A stretch of DNA of 64,000 nucleotides from positions 65,360 to 129,359 of the IMG/VR virus record IMGVR_UViG_3300006880_000001. One strand, given 5' to 3'. Origin of the DNA: a virus. The notes below the pieces were generated by a model. It did no database searches, had not been told where the DNA came from, and saw only the letters and a list, made by a program, of their open reading frames with translations. Positions 18,705 to 26,798 of this stretch are shown here, piece by piece. The number at the start of each line of letters is the position of its first letter. The first letter of the stretch is position 1. The position numbers and the translations under genes are program-made.

Positions 18705-19076
18705 ATGGCGAACCCCGTCGAGATCCCCGTCCTCGAGATGCTCGAGGCCTACCGCAAGCTGGAAGATGCCCTCGCAGCCGTCTTCGGCTTCGATCCCTGT
18801 GCGTACGCCGGATTCGGCGACTGCACAGACATGTGGTGGGTGTCGGATGGCCGGAAGGTGTGGTCGAGCGATCAACAGCTCACCGAGGAGGTGATCACGG
18901 CTGGGCGCCACCTCTATTCCCACGTGATCAAGGAGACGCGACGCTGCGGTTCCTACGTCGCGTTCCAATTCGAGACGGACACCGACTCGGAGATCGTAGA
19001 TCTCGTTCACGTGTTCACCACCGATCTCCAGATCCATGACGAGGGACTCCTCGAGATCGCCCAGGAGACCTGGTGA
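18705..19076 (+). CDS. Acidic hypothetical protein in the Ubl operon
   Basis: GAGGGG RBS; GTGA overlap with the next gene. Confidence 0.6.
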   Translation: MANPVEIPVLEMLEAYRKLEDALAAVFGFDPCAYAGFGDCTDMWWVSDGRKVWSSDQQLTEEVITAGRHLYSHVIKETRRCGSYVAFQFETDTDSEIVDLVHVFTTDLQIHDEGLLEIAQETW

Positions 19077-20023
19077 GCTGGCGAGATCTCCTCGGATCGT
19101 CTGACCAGACGATCACGTTGCCGTGGGTGGGTGGAGCGACCCTGCACGGACCGCGGTCTTGGTGGACCATCACCTACGAGGCGATGCGGTTCCTACGAGG
19201 CCACGATCACGGCTGGTACACCTTCCGCATCGATCGCCGCTGCGTCACCGATCCGCAGCCGGCGGAGCCCGATCCGACGGCCCTCCACTTCGACGCCCAC
19301 GGGTACCTCGTCGGGGACCGCCTCGCGCGCTGGGACATCCGGCCTCGCGCAACTGAGCCTGCCGCCATCATCAGCTACACGGAGCCCGTCTTCCTCATCG
19401 ACCCGGGCCTCGACCGGTTCGTACGCGTCAGCGCGGGCCGCGTCTACGAGCGCGGTCCCCTCATCTACCGCCAGCAAGAGATGCCGGTCGGGCCGGAGCA
19501 GGAGGTCCTCACGGCCTTCCTCGATCGGGCAGAGAACGTCGACGCGGTCAGCGGTGTGTCGCCGGCGCTCGAGGCGGCCTTCCGAATGGAGACCCACCAG
19601 CGCGCGGAGGCGGAGCGACGTCGAGAGGAGCTCCGCCAAGAAGCGGCCCGCCTCGAGACGGAGCGTCAGGAGGCGGAACGTCGCCAGCAGATCGTCCAGC
19701 AGCTCGGCGACGGAGCGGGCCGACGCGCGGTCGCCCGGACCGACTTCGGCGACGCCGCGCGAGCGGCCCTCGCCATCGTGGACGCCGAGCTCATCGACCA
19801 CCGTCGAGGACAGCGCGGAGAGTACGTCGTCCGCTACCGGATCGAGAACCGACGCTTCGAATGCGTCTGTGACGAACAGCTCCGGATCATCGACAGTGGT
19901 ATCTGCCTCGCTGACCACGCGACCGGCGAGAAGGGCGATACACGCTTCACGCTCGAGTCCCTCCCGACGGTCATTCGCCAAGCCATCCGCGAGAACCGCC
20001 TCGTCGTCTACCGACACGTCTGA
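19073..20023 (+). CDS. Putative E2-like (UBC-fold) conjugating protein
   Basis: C-terminal IIDSGICL...FTLESLPTVIRQAI resembles the E2 G.ICL...TL..(V/L) active-site region (Cys278); lies among JAB, Ubl and E1 genes. Confidence 0.5.
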   Translation: MSWRDLLGSSDQTITLPWVGGATLHGPRSWWTITYEAMRFLRGHDHGWYTFRIDRRCVTDPQPAEPDPTALHFDAHGYLVGDRLARWDIRPRATEPAAIISYTEPVFLIDPGLDRFVRVSAGRVYERGPLIYRQQEMPVGPEQEVLTAFLDRAENVDAVSGVSPALEAAFRMETHQRAEAERRREELRQEAARLETERQEAERRQQIVQQLGDGAGRRAVARTDFGDAARAALAIVDAELIDHRRGQRGEYVVRYRIENRRFECVCDEQLRIIDSGICLADHATGEKGDTRFTLESLPTVIRQAIRENRLVVYRHV

Positions 20024-20037
20024 AGAGGAGCAGGGAC

Positions 20038-20391
20038 ATGGACATGAAGCTACCCCTCGTATCGCCAACGAACTCCGATCAGGATGTGGTGTTCGTATCC
20101 AACCTCGTCATCGGCCCCGGTGTGGTCCTGGAGGTGCAACGGACGGCTCCTGCCAAGGCAGGCAGAGTTGTCCAGGTGTGCATCCACGGTTGCATCGTCG
20201 ACGGACGTCCGTCGCAGCACAGCGATGCCCCGCTCATCACACTCGTCGATGCTGACGATCGGATGGTCCTCGTCATCAAGGACGCGATCATCACACGCCA
20301 AGGACCTGATCTGGCGTCCCCGATCCCCGCCGAAGTGCCGGTGGTCGAGTGGACCTCGCTGCCGCCCGAACCGCCCGAGCCCAAGGAGTGA
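20038..20391 (+). CDS. Hypothetical beta-rich protein
   Basis: GAGGAG RBS; 117 aa. Confidence 0.55.
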   Translation: MDMKLPLVSPTNSDQDVVFVSNLVIGPGVVLEVQRTAPAKAGRVVQVCIHGCIVDGRPSQHSDAPLITLVDADDRMVLVIKDAIITRQGPDLASPIPAEVPVVEWTSLPPEPPEPKE

Positions 20392-20396
20392 CCGTG

Positions 20397-20831
20397 ATGG
20401 AAACCGGCGTCCTCATCGCCAGGGGCATGGCCCCCCTCTACTGGCACTTGCCGGAAGGGCGAACCTCCGGTAGCTTGCCCGACTCGCGCGTGCTGTGGGA
20501 CACCATCTGGCTCCACCGCCACGACCTGGAGGGCTTCGCGCATACCCACCCCGGCGGCGGCCAGCCGTGGCCGTCGACCGAAGACATCACCACCTTCTTC
20601 GCCATCGAGCTCGCGCTCGGGCGCAAGCTGACCTGGTGGATCAGCAACCAGGAGCGGACCGTCGTCGTCGTCACCACCGACGACTACGAATTCGACCACG
20701 GCGACACGCGGGTCACGAAGTCCGGCGAGGTCATCGAAGGTCAGAAGTCCCGCCGTCAATCGTATCGCGTCTTCCCGATCCCCGACGAACCGTCCTGGGT
20801 CGCCGAACTTCGCCATCAATCCAACCTCTGA
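20397..20831 (+). CDS. JAB/MPN+ (JAMM) metallopeptidase
   Basis: N-terminal E (MET G), then FAHTHP...WPSTED, matching the JAMM E..HxH..S..D motif. Confidence 0.85.
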   Translation: METGVLIARGMAPLYWHLPEGRTSGSLPDSRVLWDTIWLHRHDLEGFAHTHPGGGQPWPSTEDITTFFAIELALGRKLTWWISNQERTVVVVTTDDYEFDHGDTRVTKSGEVIEGQKSRRQSYRVFPIPDEPSWVAELRHQSNL

Positions 20832-20840
20832 AGGAGCACC

Positions 20841-21137
20841 ATGAACGAACTGATCCATGTCGAGGGCCGCCGCGAGCTGGTGCGCGACGACGAAGCCCGC
20901 GTCAACATCACCTACAAGGGCGAGAACGGGGACCTACCGGACACCATCACCTTCGATGCCACCGACGCTGACGTCAAGACGTGGGTCACGGAGGCAGTCC
21001 GGGGCGGGCACGTTCCGGGCATCGCCGCCGACCCCGGCGCGAACTTCCGCGACTTCGTCGTCGATCGCTTCACGCCCACCGACGCGCGGCCGTTCAACCT
21101 CATCTCGATCCGCCCGAAGACGCCGTTCGGCCGATGA
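20841..21137 (+). CDS. Putative ubiquitin-like (beta-grasp) protein ending PKTPFG-R
   Basis: 98 aa; beta-beta-alpha-beta pattern by eye; penultimate Gly; lies between JAB and E1; AAGGAG RBS. Confidence 0.6.
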   Translation: MNELIHVEGRRELVRDDEARVNITYKGENGDLPDTITFDATDADVKTWVTEAVRGGHVPGIAADPGANFRDFVVDRFTPTDARPFNLISIRPKTPFGR

Positions 21138-21490
21138 TGAACGTCGTCAAGCGATGCCCGGGGTGTGGCGCTACGTGGGTTACGCCCCCGGGATCGATCA
21201 TCAAATGCCGGAACTGTGGGACGACCTGCGCCGGCACGACGTCCGTCGCGTTTACCACTGACGCCCCCACGGTACAGACGGCGGACGGTGATGAGACCGC
21301 AACAGCGCTCCAACTGGCCGACGCCAAGGTCACGGAGGCCAGGGATGCGCTGCAGGCTCTCGTCAAGGCGAACCCTGCCCTCGTCCATCCTCAGTGCCGC
21401 ACGTGGCAATGTCGTCGGTGTCGGCTACGCAACACGATCGAGATGCTCGAGTGCTGGGAGCCACTTTCACAGGAGGCGAAGAAGTCATGA
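21134..21490 (+). CDS. Zn-finger protein
   Basis: CPGC...CRNC and C..WQCRRC...C; ATGA overlaps at both ends. Confidence 0.55.
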   Translation: MMNVVKRCPGCGATWVTPPGSIIKCRNCGTTCAGTTSVAFTTDAPTVQTADGDETATALQLADAKVTEARDALQALVKANPALVHPQCRTWQCRRCRLRNTIEMLECWEPLSQEAKKS

Positions 21491-22080
21491 CCACCGTAGC
21501 GGGTGAGCAGCGGATCGTCATTGCGGGCATCGGAGCGTTGGGGTCGCATCTCGTGCCCCTGCTGAGGAATCTCCCCGCCGACCTTGTCGTGGTCGACTTC
21601 GACCGCGTCGAGAAGAAGAACGTGGCCTCGCAGTTCTACGGCACCTCCACCGTGGGCCAAACGAAGGTGGAGGCCCTGAAGCGCCTCATGCTGTTCCTCT
21701 ACGCCGCGCCCGTGCAGGCGAAGGGGTATCGGATCTCCGAGGCGAACGTCGATGTGCTTCTGGCCGGCGCGACGCTGGTCGTGGATTGCCTCGACAACGG
21801 TGATGCGCGTCGACTCGTCCAAGGCTTCGTGCGCCGGCACAAGGTACCGTGCGTGCACGGCGCCCTCGCCGCCGATGGCAGCTTCGCCCGCGTGATGTGG
21901 GACGAGGCGTTTGTCATCGACAACGAGGACGTCGTCGGTCAGCCGACCTGCGACGGCGGCGAGCACCTGCCGTTCATCGCCGCCACGGCGGCGTGGCTCG
22001 CGCAGGCGGTGCAGACGTTCTGCCGGAGCGGAAAACAGTTCAACTACTATGTTTCTCCGGCGAACGTCATCTTGCTCTGA
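21487..22080 (+). CDS. ThiF/MoeB-family E1-like activating enzyme
   Basis: GIGALGS, VDFDRVEKKN..Q, GQTKVEAL, VDCLDN, QPTC (Cys155); no CxxC Zn pairs. Confidence 0.9.
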   Translation: MTTVAGEQRIVIAGIGALGSHLVPLLRNLPADLVVVDFDRVEKKNVASQFYGTSTVGQTKVEALKRLMLFLYAAPVQAKGYRISEANVDVLLAGATLVVDCLDNGDARRLVQGFVRRHKVPCVHGALAADGSFARVMWDEAFVIDNEDVVGQPTCDGGEHLPFIAATAAWLAQAVQTFCRSGKQFNYYVSPANVILL

Positions 22081-22088
22081 TCTCGTCC

Positions 22089-22117
22089 TTGACAGGACGG
22101 CCACGAGTAGCTAGGTT
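22089..22117 (+). promoter_or_regulatory. Sigma70-type promoter for the tRNA-like cluster
   Basis: TTGACA-17 nt-TAGGTT, ending 33 nt before the first RNA. Confidence 0.7.
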
Positions 22118-22150
22118 GCTTCTCGGACGCGACGAGAAACGGCCCATCAC

Positions 22151-22281
22151 GGAAGGGTAAGGGGACCGGGTCCCCGCCAACTGCTAAATTGGTCCACCCC
22201 GACAACGCCTCTCGCTGGCCTCGGCTAGCACACGGCAGCTGTCTACAAGAACGGTCGGTTCGACTCCGACACCCTTCCCCA
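22151..22281 (+). ncRNA. tRNA-like RNA 1: 8-bp acceptor, 6-bp D stem, 8-nt anticodon loop CTGCTAAA, about 60-nt extra arm, encoded CCA
   Basis: GGAAGGGT/ACCCTTCC-CCA; GGGGAC-CGG-GTCCCC; GCCAA/TTGGT; GTCGG-TTCGACT-CCGAC. Confidence 0.75.
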
Positions 22282-22410
22282 CTTCGCTGACAACTGAATA
22301 ATGACCATTTCCGGGGGGACGTCGCCTGGTGGCGACACTTTCATATGACGAAAGCAATCCCGACAACGCCTCTCGCTGGCCTTGGCTAGCACATGGCGCC
22401 TGTCTACAAG
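22198..22410 (+). repeat. 52-nt direct repeat (22198-22249 and 22359-22410) inside two tRNA-like RNAs
   Basis: 48/52 identical by manual alignment; folds GACA/TGTC, GCC/GGC, GCTGGC-CTYG-GCTAGC. Confidence 0.9.
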
Positions 22411-22444
22411 GAAGCCGTGACAGGTTCGATTCCTGTACCCCCGA
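22312..22444 (+). ncRNA. tRNA-like RNA 2: 6-bp D stem, anticodon loop ATATGAC, same extra-arm insert
   Basis: CGGGGGG/ACCCCCG; GTCGCC-TGGT-GGCGAC; CTTTC/GAAAG; ACAGG-TTCGATT-CCTGT. Confidence 0.75.
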
Positions 22445-22473
22445 CTGAGCGCAGTCATTTCGAGGTGCTTACA

Positions 22474-22548
22474 CGCGAAGATGCTCATTGGTCGAGCATC
22501 GGCCTTAAGAGCCGACAGGAGTCGGTTCAAATCCGACCTACGCACCCA
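22474..22548 (+). tRNA. Atypical tRNA with UAA anticodon, short variable loop and C1:A72 mismatch
   Basis: CGCGAAG AT GCTC-ATTGGTC-GAGC A TCGGC-CTTAAGA-GCCGA CAGGA GTCGG-TTCAAAT-CCGAC CTACGCA C CCA (75 nt). Confidence 0.7.
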
Positions 22549-22633
22549 ACTCAGCCCCTCTCCTCGACCGCGCTCGTTATTTGACCGAAGGGTTGTGGGT
22601 CGCCCGCCAGATCGGTGCGGTGAACTACACCTC

Positions 22634-22683
22634 GGCCGCCATCCTCGCCAACCAGCTGCAATTGGTTGGTGAGGGTGGCGGCC
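22634..22683 (+). terminator. 21-bp GC-rich hairpin closing the RNA cluster
   Basis: GGCCGCCATCCTCGCCAACCA / TGGTTGGTGAGGGTGGCGGCC with G-U pairs; short T run a few nt downstream. Confidence 0.55.
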
Positions 22684-22738
22684 TCAGCCTTTTGGGGTGA
22701 GCGGAATGGTCACTGCGCCGATGTACTATGGTTTGACC

Positions 22739-23191
22739 ATGAGAACCATCGTCGCTCTGACAGCCCTCCTCGCAGCCGTCTTCTCCGTCGGCGCCGCCCT
22801 GGCCGACACCGCCCCTCTCGATCCCGATGAGGGAGTCTCCCCGGCCGCGCCGGGGATGATGACCCTGGTCGTCTACGTGCGCGGCGAGCGCCTCGACACC
22901 ATCGCGGTCAGGACCTGCGACTACGACATCCGGATCCAGGAGCCGCGGGTCGGGTGGATGCGCCGGTACTGGTGCGGCAACCTGCCGGGGACGGATGGCG
23001 CCGAGATCACCAGCGGCTACACCGTCGACGTGCCGGCGCGGGTCGGCTGGTACCAAGTCTGGGGGTGGCGGGTCGTCGGCGCCGACTGGTGGACGCTCAT
23101 GCCCCACGCGACGGCCTACCGGATCACCGCCGAGGACGTCCGTCGCGGGTACCTGATGACCTGGGCGAGCTACACGTTGCCGAAGACCTGA
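22739..23191 (+). CDS. Secreted protein (signal peptide)
   Basis: MRTIVALTALLAAVFSVGAALA; GTCACT-N6-ATG-TACTAT motif at 22709-22729. Confidence 0.6.
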   Translation: MRTIVALTALLAAVFSVGAALADTAPLDPDEGVSPAAPGMMTLVVYVRGERLDTIAVRTCDYDIRIQEPRVGWMRRYWCGNLPGTDGAEITSGYTVDVPARVGWYQVWGWRVVGADWWTLMPHATAYRITAEDVRRGYLMTWASYTLPKT

Positions 23192-23194
23192 CGT

Positions 23195-23851
23195 TCACGG
23201 CCGGCGGCGTCGAGTCCGCCGCAGCCGCGTCCTCGTCGCAAGGCGCCGGAGCGCGCGGCCGAGGAGATCCGCCGCCGGCTGTGCCGGGTACCGGGTGCCG
23301 ACGTCGAGGATGGTCACGCGGCCGTTGTCGTCGATGCCGACGTTGTCACTGTGGAGGTCGTCGAGGGCGGGGATGCCACGCTCGTCGAGCTCCGTGACCG
23401 TCTCGTGGAGGTGCTCCATGACGTACCGGCACTCGTCCATCTCCGACCGGCGCGCCGAGACGGTGCACACCTCCTTGGCGATCTGGCTTCGTGGCGTCTT
23501 CGCGCGGAACGCGTCGACGAAGTTGATGAACCAGTCGCTCCAGTAGCCGGGGGAGGGCCGAAGCCGGTCAACCACCACCGCGTAGGCGTACGGCTGTCCG
23601 TTCTGGCGCAGGAGGTAGGTCTGGTGGACCTTGACGACGCCGCGGATGCCTTGCCCTCGTTGGAGGCCATCGACGTCGCTGGCGTCGGTGGTGACCTTCA
23701 CCAGCTTGCCGTCGTCGCGCTCGTAGACACAGGCCTGAGACCCGCACGCGATCGGCTTCGTACCCTTCAGACGAAGGGCCTCCTCCTGCTTCGAGCTCAA
23801 GCAGAGGAGGGTCCTCTTCGCCGCGCGGACGCAGCTCGGTGGCTTCGCCAC
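23195..23851 (-). CDS. Protein kinase-like enzyme with poly-Arg tail
   Basis: IACGSQACVY (Gly loop), LVKVT, DDLHSDNV (catalytic loop), ILDVG; ends LLGRALRRLATRTRLRRTRRRRP. Confidence 0.7.
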   Translation of the reverse strand: MAKPPSCVRAAKRTLLCLSSKQEEALRLKGTKPIACGSQACVYERDDGKLVKVTTDASDVDGLQRGQGIRGVVKVHQTYLLRQNGQPYAYAVVVDRLRPSPGYWSDWFINFVDAFRAKTPRSQIAKEVCTVSARRSEMDECRYVMEHLHETVTELDERGIPALDDLHSDNVGIDDNGRVTILDVGTRYPAQPAADLLGRALRRLATRTRLRRTRRRRP

Positions 23852-23859
23852 GGGCCGCC

Positions 23860-24687
23860 TCAGCGGCGCGAGCGCGACACGCCGTAGGCGACTCCGCCCA
23901 CGACGGCCAGCGCCAGGCCGACCTTGAGCCACTTCGGGAGTCCGAAGTGGATGGCGCCCTCTGCCGAGGTGGTCATCGACGTCTCATCCGGGGGAGGGAT
24001 CGGGAGGCCGGCCTGCACCGGCGGCTGCGTCGGGATCTGCGAGCCCGGCACCGGTGAGGAGGGGGGCTTGATGGGCGGGGACGGCAGCTGCGAGCCCGGG
24101 ATCGGCTGGCCGGGGATCGGCAACGACGGGGGCTTCACCGGCGTCGAGCCGGTCGGCATGCAGACACCCGGACCGATGATGGGGACGACGTAGTTGGTCC
24201 CGGCGGGGCACTGGGTGTTGTACGTCTGGGGCAGCGTGGTCGGCTTGGCACAGAGCCACGCTCCGCTGGCCTGGAGGACGGGCGTCGTCCCGACGGGGCA
24301 GGATGGCTTCGGCGCCGGCGTCGGCGTGGTGCAGACCCACCTGCTGTTCGCGGCGCTCCAGACCATGGTCTGGCCCGGCTGGCAGCGCGGGATGGGGGCT
24401 TTGAGGCAGGACCAGCCCGTCACGATGGTCTTGAGCGTGGATCCGATGGAGCCCGGTACCGCGGCGGTTCGGGTCGGCGTCGCCACGTAGCCCACCTTGC
24501 ACGTCGGCTTCGGCGCCGGCTTCGGTGCCGTCGTCGTGGGTGTGGTCGACGTCGGAATCCCGCCGCCGCCACCGTAGTCGGTGGGGCTGGGGGTCATCGT
24601 GGCGTTCAACGCCGGGCCAGCGAGGCGCGCGCCGAGCAGAACCGTACGCCCGTCGGGGCCCGTGATCTCACCGCTGATCCAGGACAT
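23860..24687 (-). CDS. Pro/Thr/Cys-rich repeat membrane protein
   Basis: Repeated C..G....W.C modules, Pro-rich stalk, C-terminal TM followed by RSRR. Confidence 0.65.
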   Translation of the reverse strand: MSWISGEITGPDGRTVLLGARLAGPALNATMTPSPTDYGGGGGIPTSTTPTTTAPKPAPKPTCKVGYVATPTRTAAVPGSIGSTLKTIVTGWSCLKAPIPRCQPGQTMVWSAANSRWVCTTPTPAPKPSCPVGTTPVLQASGAWLCAKPTTLPQTYNTQCPAGTNYVVPIIGPGVCMPTGSTPVKPPSLPIPGQPIPGSQLPSPPIKPPSSPVPGSQIPTQPPVQAGLPIPPPDETSMTTSAEGAIHFGLPKWLKVGLALAVVGGVAYGVSRSRR

Positions 24688-24741
24688 GTCTGGAGCATCG
24701 CACGAGGACCGTCCCAGATCCACGGCCAACCACGTCGAGCT

Positions 24742-24762
24742 GTCACCGCGCCGTGGTAGACG
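24742..24762 (+). promoter_or_regulatory. GTCACC-N6-TGnTA motif
   Basis: GTCACC GCGCCG TGG TAGACG; ATG 24770 7 nt later. Confidence 0.7.
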
Positions 24763-24769
24763 TGGGTGC

Positions 24770-25402
24770 ATGCCGAAGCGCAACCGCGCCAAGCTGACCA
24801 GGCGGTTGGTCGACGTCATCCCCAACGACGTCGACCTGCAGGAGCTCTTGGAGGTCCTGATCGAGGGGAGTGCGACCCACAAGGCGTCGGAGACGCCATG
24901 GCGATCCTGGGTGTTCGCTACCCGGTTCTGCATCGATGTCTACTGCCGCGCGGTGATGGACTCCAAGGACATTGACGCCGACGCGCAGGACATCTTCCGG
25001 TTCCTGGTTCGGTTGGTGAACGAGGCCAACCAGCCGCTCGCCGAGACCTTCCGCGCCAACAACTACGACCGCGCCATCGAGCTCGAGTACGTCGCCGACA
25101 AGCTGAACGCACCGTTCGCAGCGGTCGCCGCGCTCCGGGATGGGTTGGCCATCGTCCGCCTCGGGCTCGCACGATCCGATGGAGGTGGGGCCGCGTTCCT
25201 CGGGCGCCTTGATCGGTTCGTTGCGCAGTGCGAGGTCCATGGCGTGGACGTCGATGACCTTGTTGAGAAGTGGCGAATGGAGGACGCCCTCTACGGTTGT
25301 CCAGCTGAGGATCGGGCGAAGCTCGAGAGAGCCTTCCGTACGGCCTGGCGCCGCGGCTTGATAGGATTGGCGTATGCCATCCACCCCCACCCCCACGGTT
25401 GA
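24770..25402 (+). CDS. Hypothetical protein
   Basis: MPKRNRAK start fixed by the upstream motif. Confidence 0.6.
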   Translation: MPKRNRAKLTRRLVDVIPNDVDLQELLEVLIEGSATHKASETPWRSWVFATRFCIDVYCRAVMDSKDIDADAQDIFRFLVRLVNEANQPLAETFRANNYDRAIELEYVADKLNAPFAAVAALRDGLAIVRLGLARSDGGGAAFLGRLDRFVAQCEVHGVDVDDLVEKWRMEDALYGCPAEDRAKLERAFRTAWRRGLIGLAYAIHPHPHG

Positions 25403-26252
25403 TGTCCCGCCCCTCCACCTACTCGTCGAGGTGTCGAAGAATGGCTACAAGCTCCCGCCCGAGAAGTCGCAGTACAAGGTCGCCAGCTGGGACGCGCTAC
25501 CCGCGGTCATCGCTGGCGTCATCGGCCGAACGTTCGTCGACGCCATCCACGTCTCCGCGACCACCGCGGAGCTCCTCCGCACCCTCGCCACCACCGCTAT
25601 CACCGACGACGATCGCAAGGCCCACGTGGCGCTGAGCGCAGGTGGGACCGGACGCCCGATCTACAAGCTTCGGATCCTCATCGATTGAATGTCGGCGACC
25701 TCTATAAGGCCCCGTGGGGGACGTACCGCCTCCACCGCTTCGGCTACGACCCGATCGGATCGTTCGTGGTCGTCCTCCAGGATGTTCTGAATCATTCGGC
25801 TTTCGTGCAACCCAAGATCCAACGTCTCTTCGGTGTCTACCTTCGCATCACGTGAGAGGCCCATGTCCGTCTACGTCATCCACAACGACTCTCTCGAGGA
25901 AACCCTCCACAGCGTCGTCGGCGAGGCGAAGATCCACCGCTGGAACTGCCCCTGTGGATGCTCCGATTGCCGGGGCTACGTGCTCTACGCGTGGAACGCG
26001 CACCGCCCCTCGGTGTGCATCGTGGCGTCAACGGTCTACGCCTACGACGACCACGTTCACCTCTTCGGTGCTGAGACCCTCGAAGAGATCGACACCTTCC
26101 CAGACTTCGCGACGCGTTTGTTGAGCGCGGACGACGGCCTCCAGTTGGAGGTCTGGCTGATCGCCGGACTGCGGGAGGTCCTTCGCGACTTCTTCACAAC
26201 CTCTGTGCAGGAGAGCGTGTCCTGCAACCTTCAGAATCAGCCCAACAACTGA
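25374..26252 (+). other. Two hypothetical CDS (25374-25688, 25863-26252)
   Basis: Co-oriented ORFs with plausible composition; no recognisable motifs. Confidence 0.45.
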
Positions 26253-26264
26253 GAGGACCCGTCC

Positions 26265-26798
26265 ATGAGCAAAGCGCCCCACAAGTACTGGACCGACCAA
26301 GACGACCCCGACAAGCTCACCGTCAGCTTCGGCTGGCGCCTCTTCGTCGGCATCGCCGTCGCCTGCCTGTTCCTGTTCACCCTCGGGGGCATCCTGTGGA
26401 TGCTCAAGGTCGGCAGCTCCGACATCCGCGGCCGTGGCGACGCCTACACACAGAAGACAAGTGGCGCCAATCGGGTCTTCGCCCAGGAGCAGTTCGAGCG
26501 CCTCTTCGCCGAGGTCCGCGCCTCCGATCAGAAGATCACGATCGCCCGGCTGGCCCTCGCCGAATGGCAGGCGCGACACCCCGAAGGCTGTCGGCCGCCA
26601 CTGCCATGCGAAGGCGATCGCCTCTCGACCGACATGCGCGGCATGCAGAACTATTGTCTCTCGATTCGGGCCCAGTACGAGGCCGAGGCGCGCTCCTACA
26701 CGAAAGAGCAATTCCGCGCCGGGGATCTGCCGGCTCGTCTGTCCGAAGCAGACCCCGCCTTCAGTCGTTGGGGCTTCGGCGACTACGACTGTCAATGA
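26265..26798 (+). CDS. Single-TM membrane protein, partner of the downstream lipoprotein
   Basis: N-terminal TM then helical region with Cys and Y.AEAR.Y; GAGGA RBS. Confidence 0.65.
   Translation: MSKAPHKYWTDQDDPDKLTVSFGWRLFVGIAVACLFLFTLGGILWMLKVGSSDIRGRGDAYTQKTSGANRVFAQEQFERLFAEVRASDQKITIARLALAEWQARHPEGCRPPLPCEGDRLSTDMRGMQNYCLSIRAQYEAEARSYTKEQFRAGDLPARLSEADPAFSRWGFGDYDCQ

Noticed and set aside
21487-22080. E1 as a thiamine or molybdopterin biosynthesis gene
   Set aside because: No thiG, moaE or sulfurtransferase neighbours; context is JAB, Ubl and E2-like genes.
22181-22188. CUA in the anticodon loop as an amber suppressor implying TAG recoding
   Set aside because: Loop geometry is wrong for a CUA anticodon (no U33 before it), and genes such as the polymerase end normally at TAG.
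22198-22410. Direct repeat as a CRISPR array
   Set aside because: Only two 52-nt copies, each embedded in a tRNA-like fold; no repeat-spacer periodicity.
22549-22633. Possible further tRNA or Y RNA after the UAA tRNA
   Set aside because: Only a weak CAGCCC/GGGTTG helix; no T arm or convincing Ro-binding stem visible.
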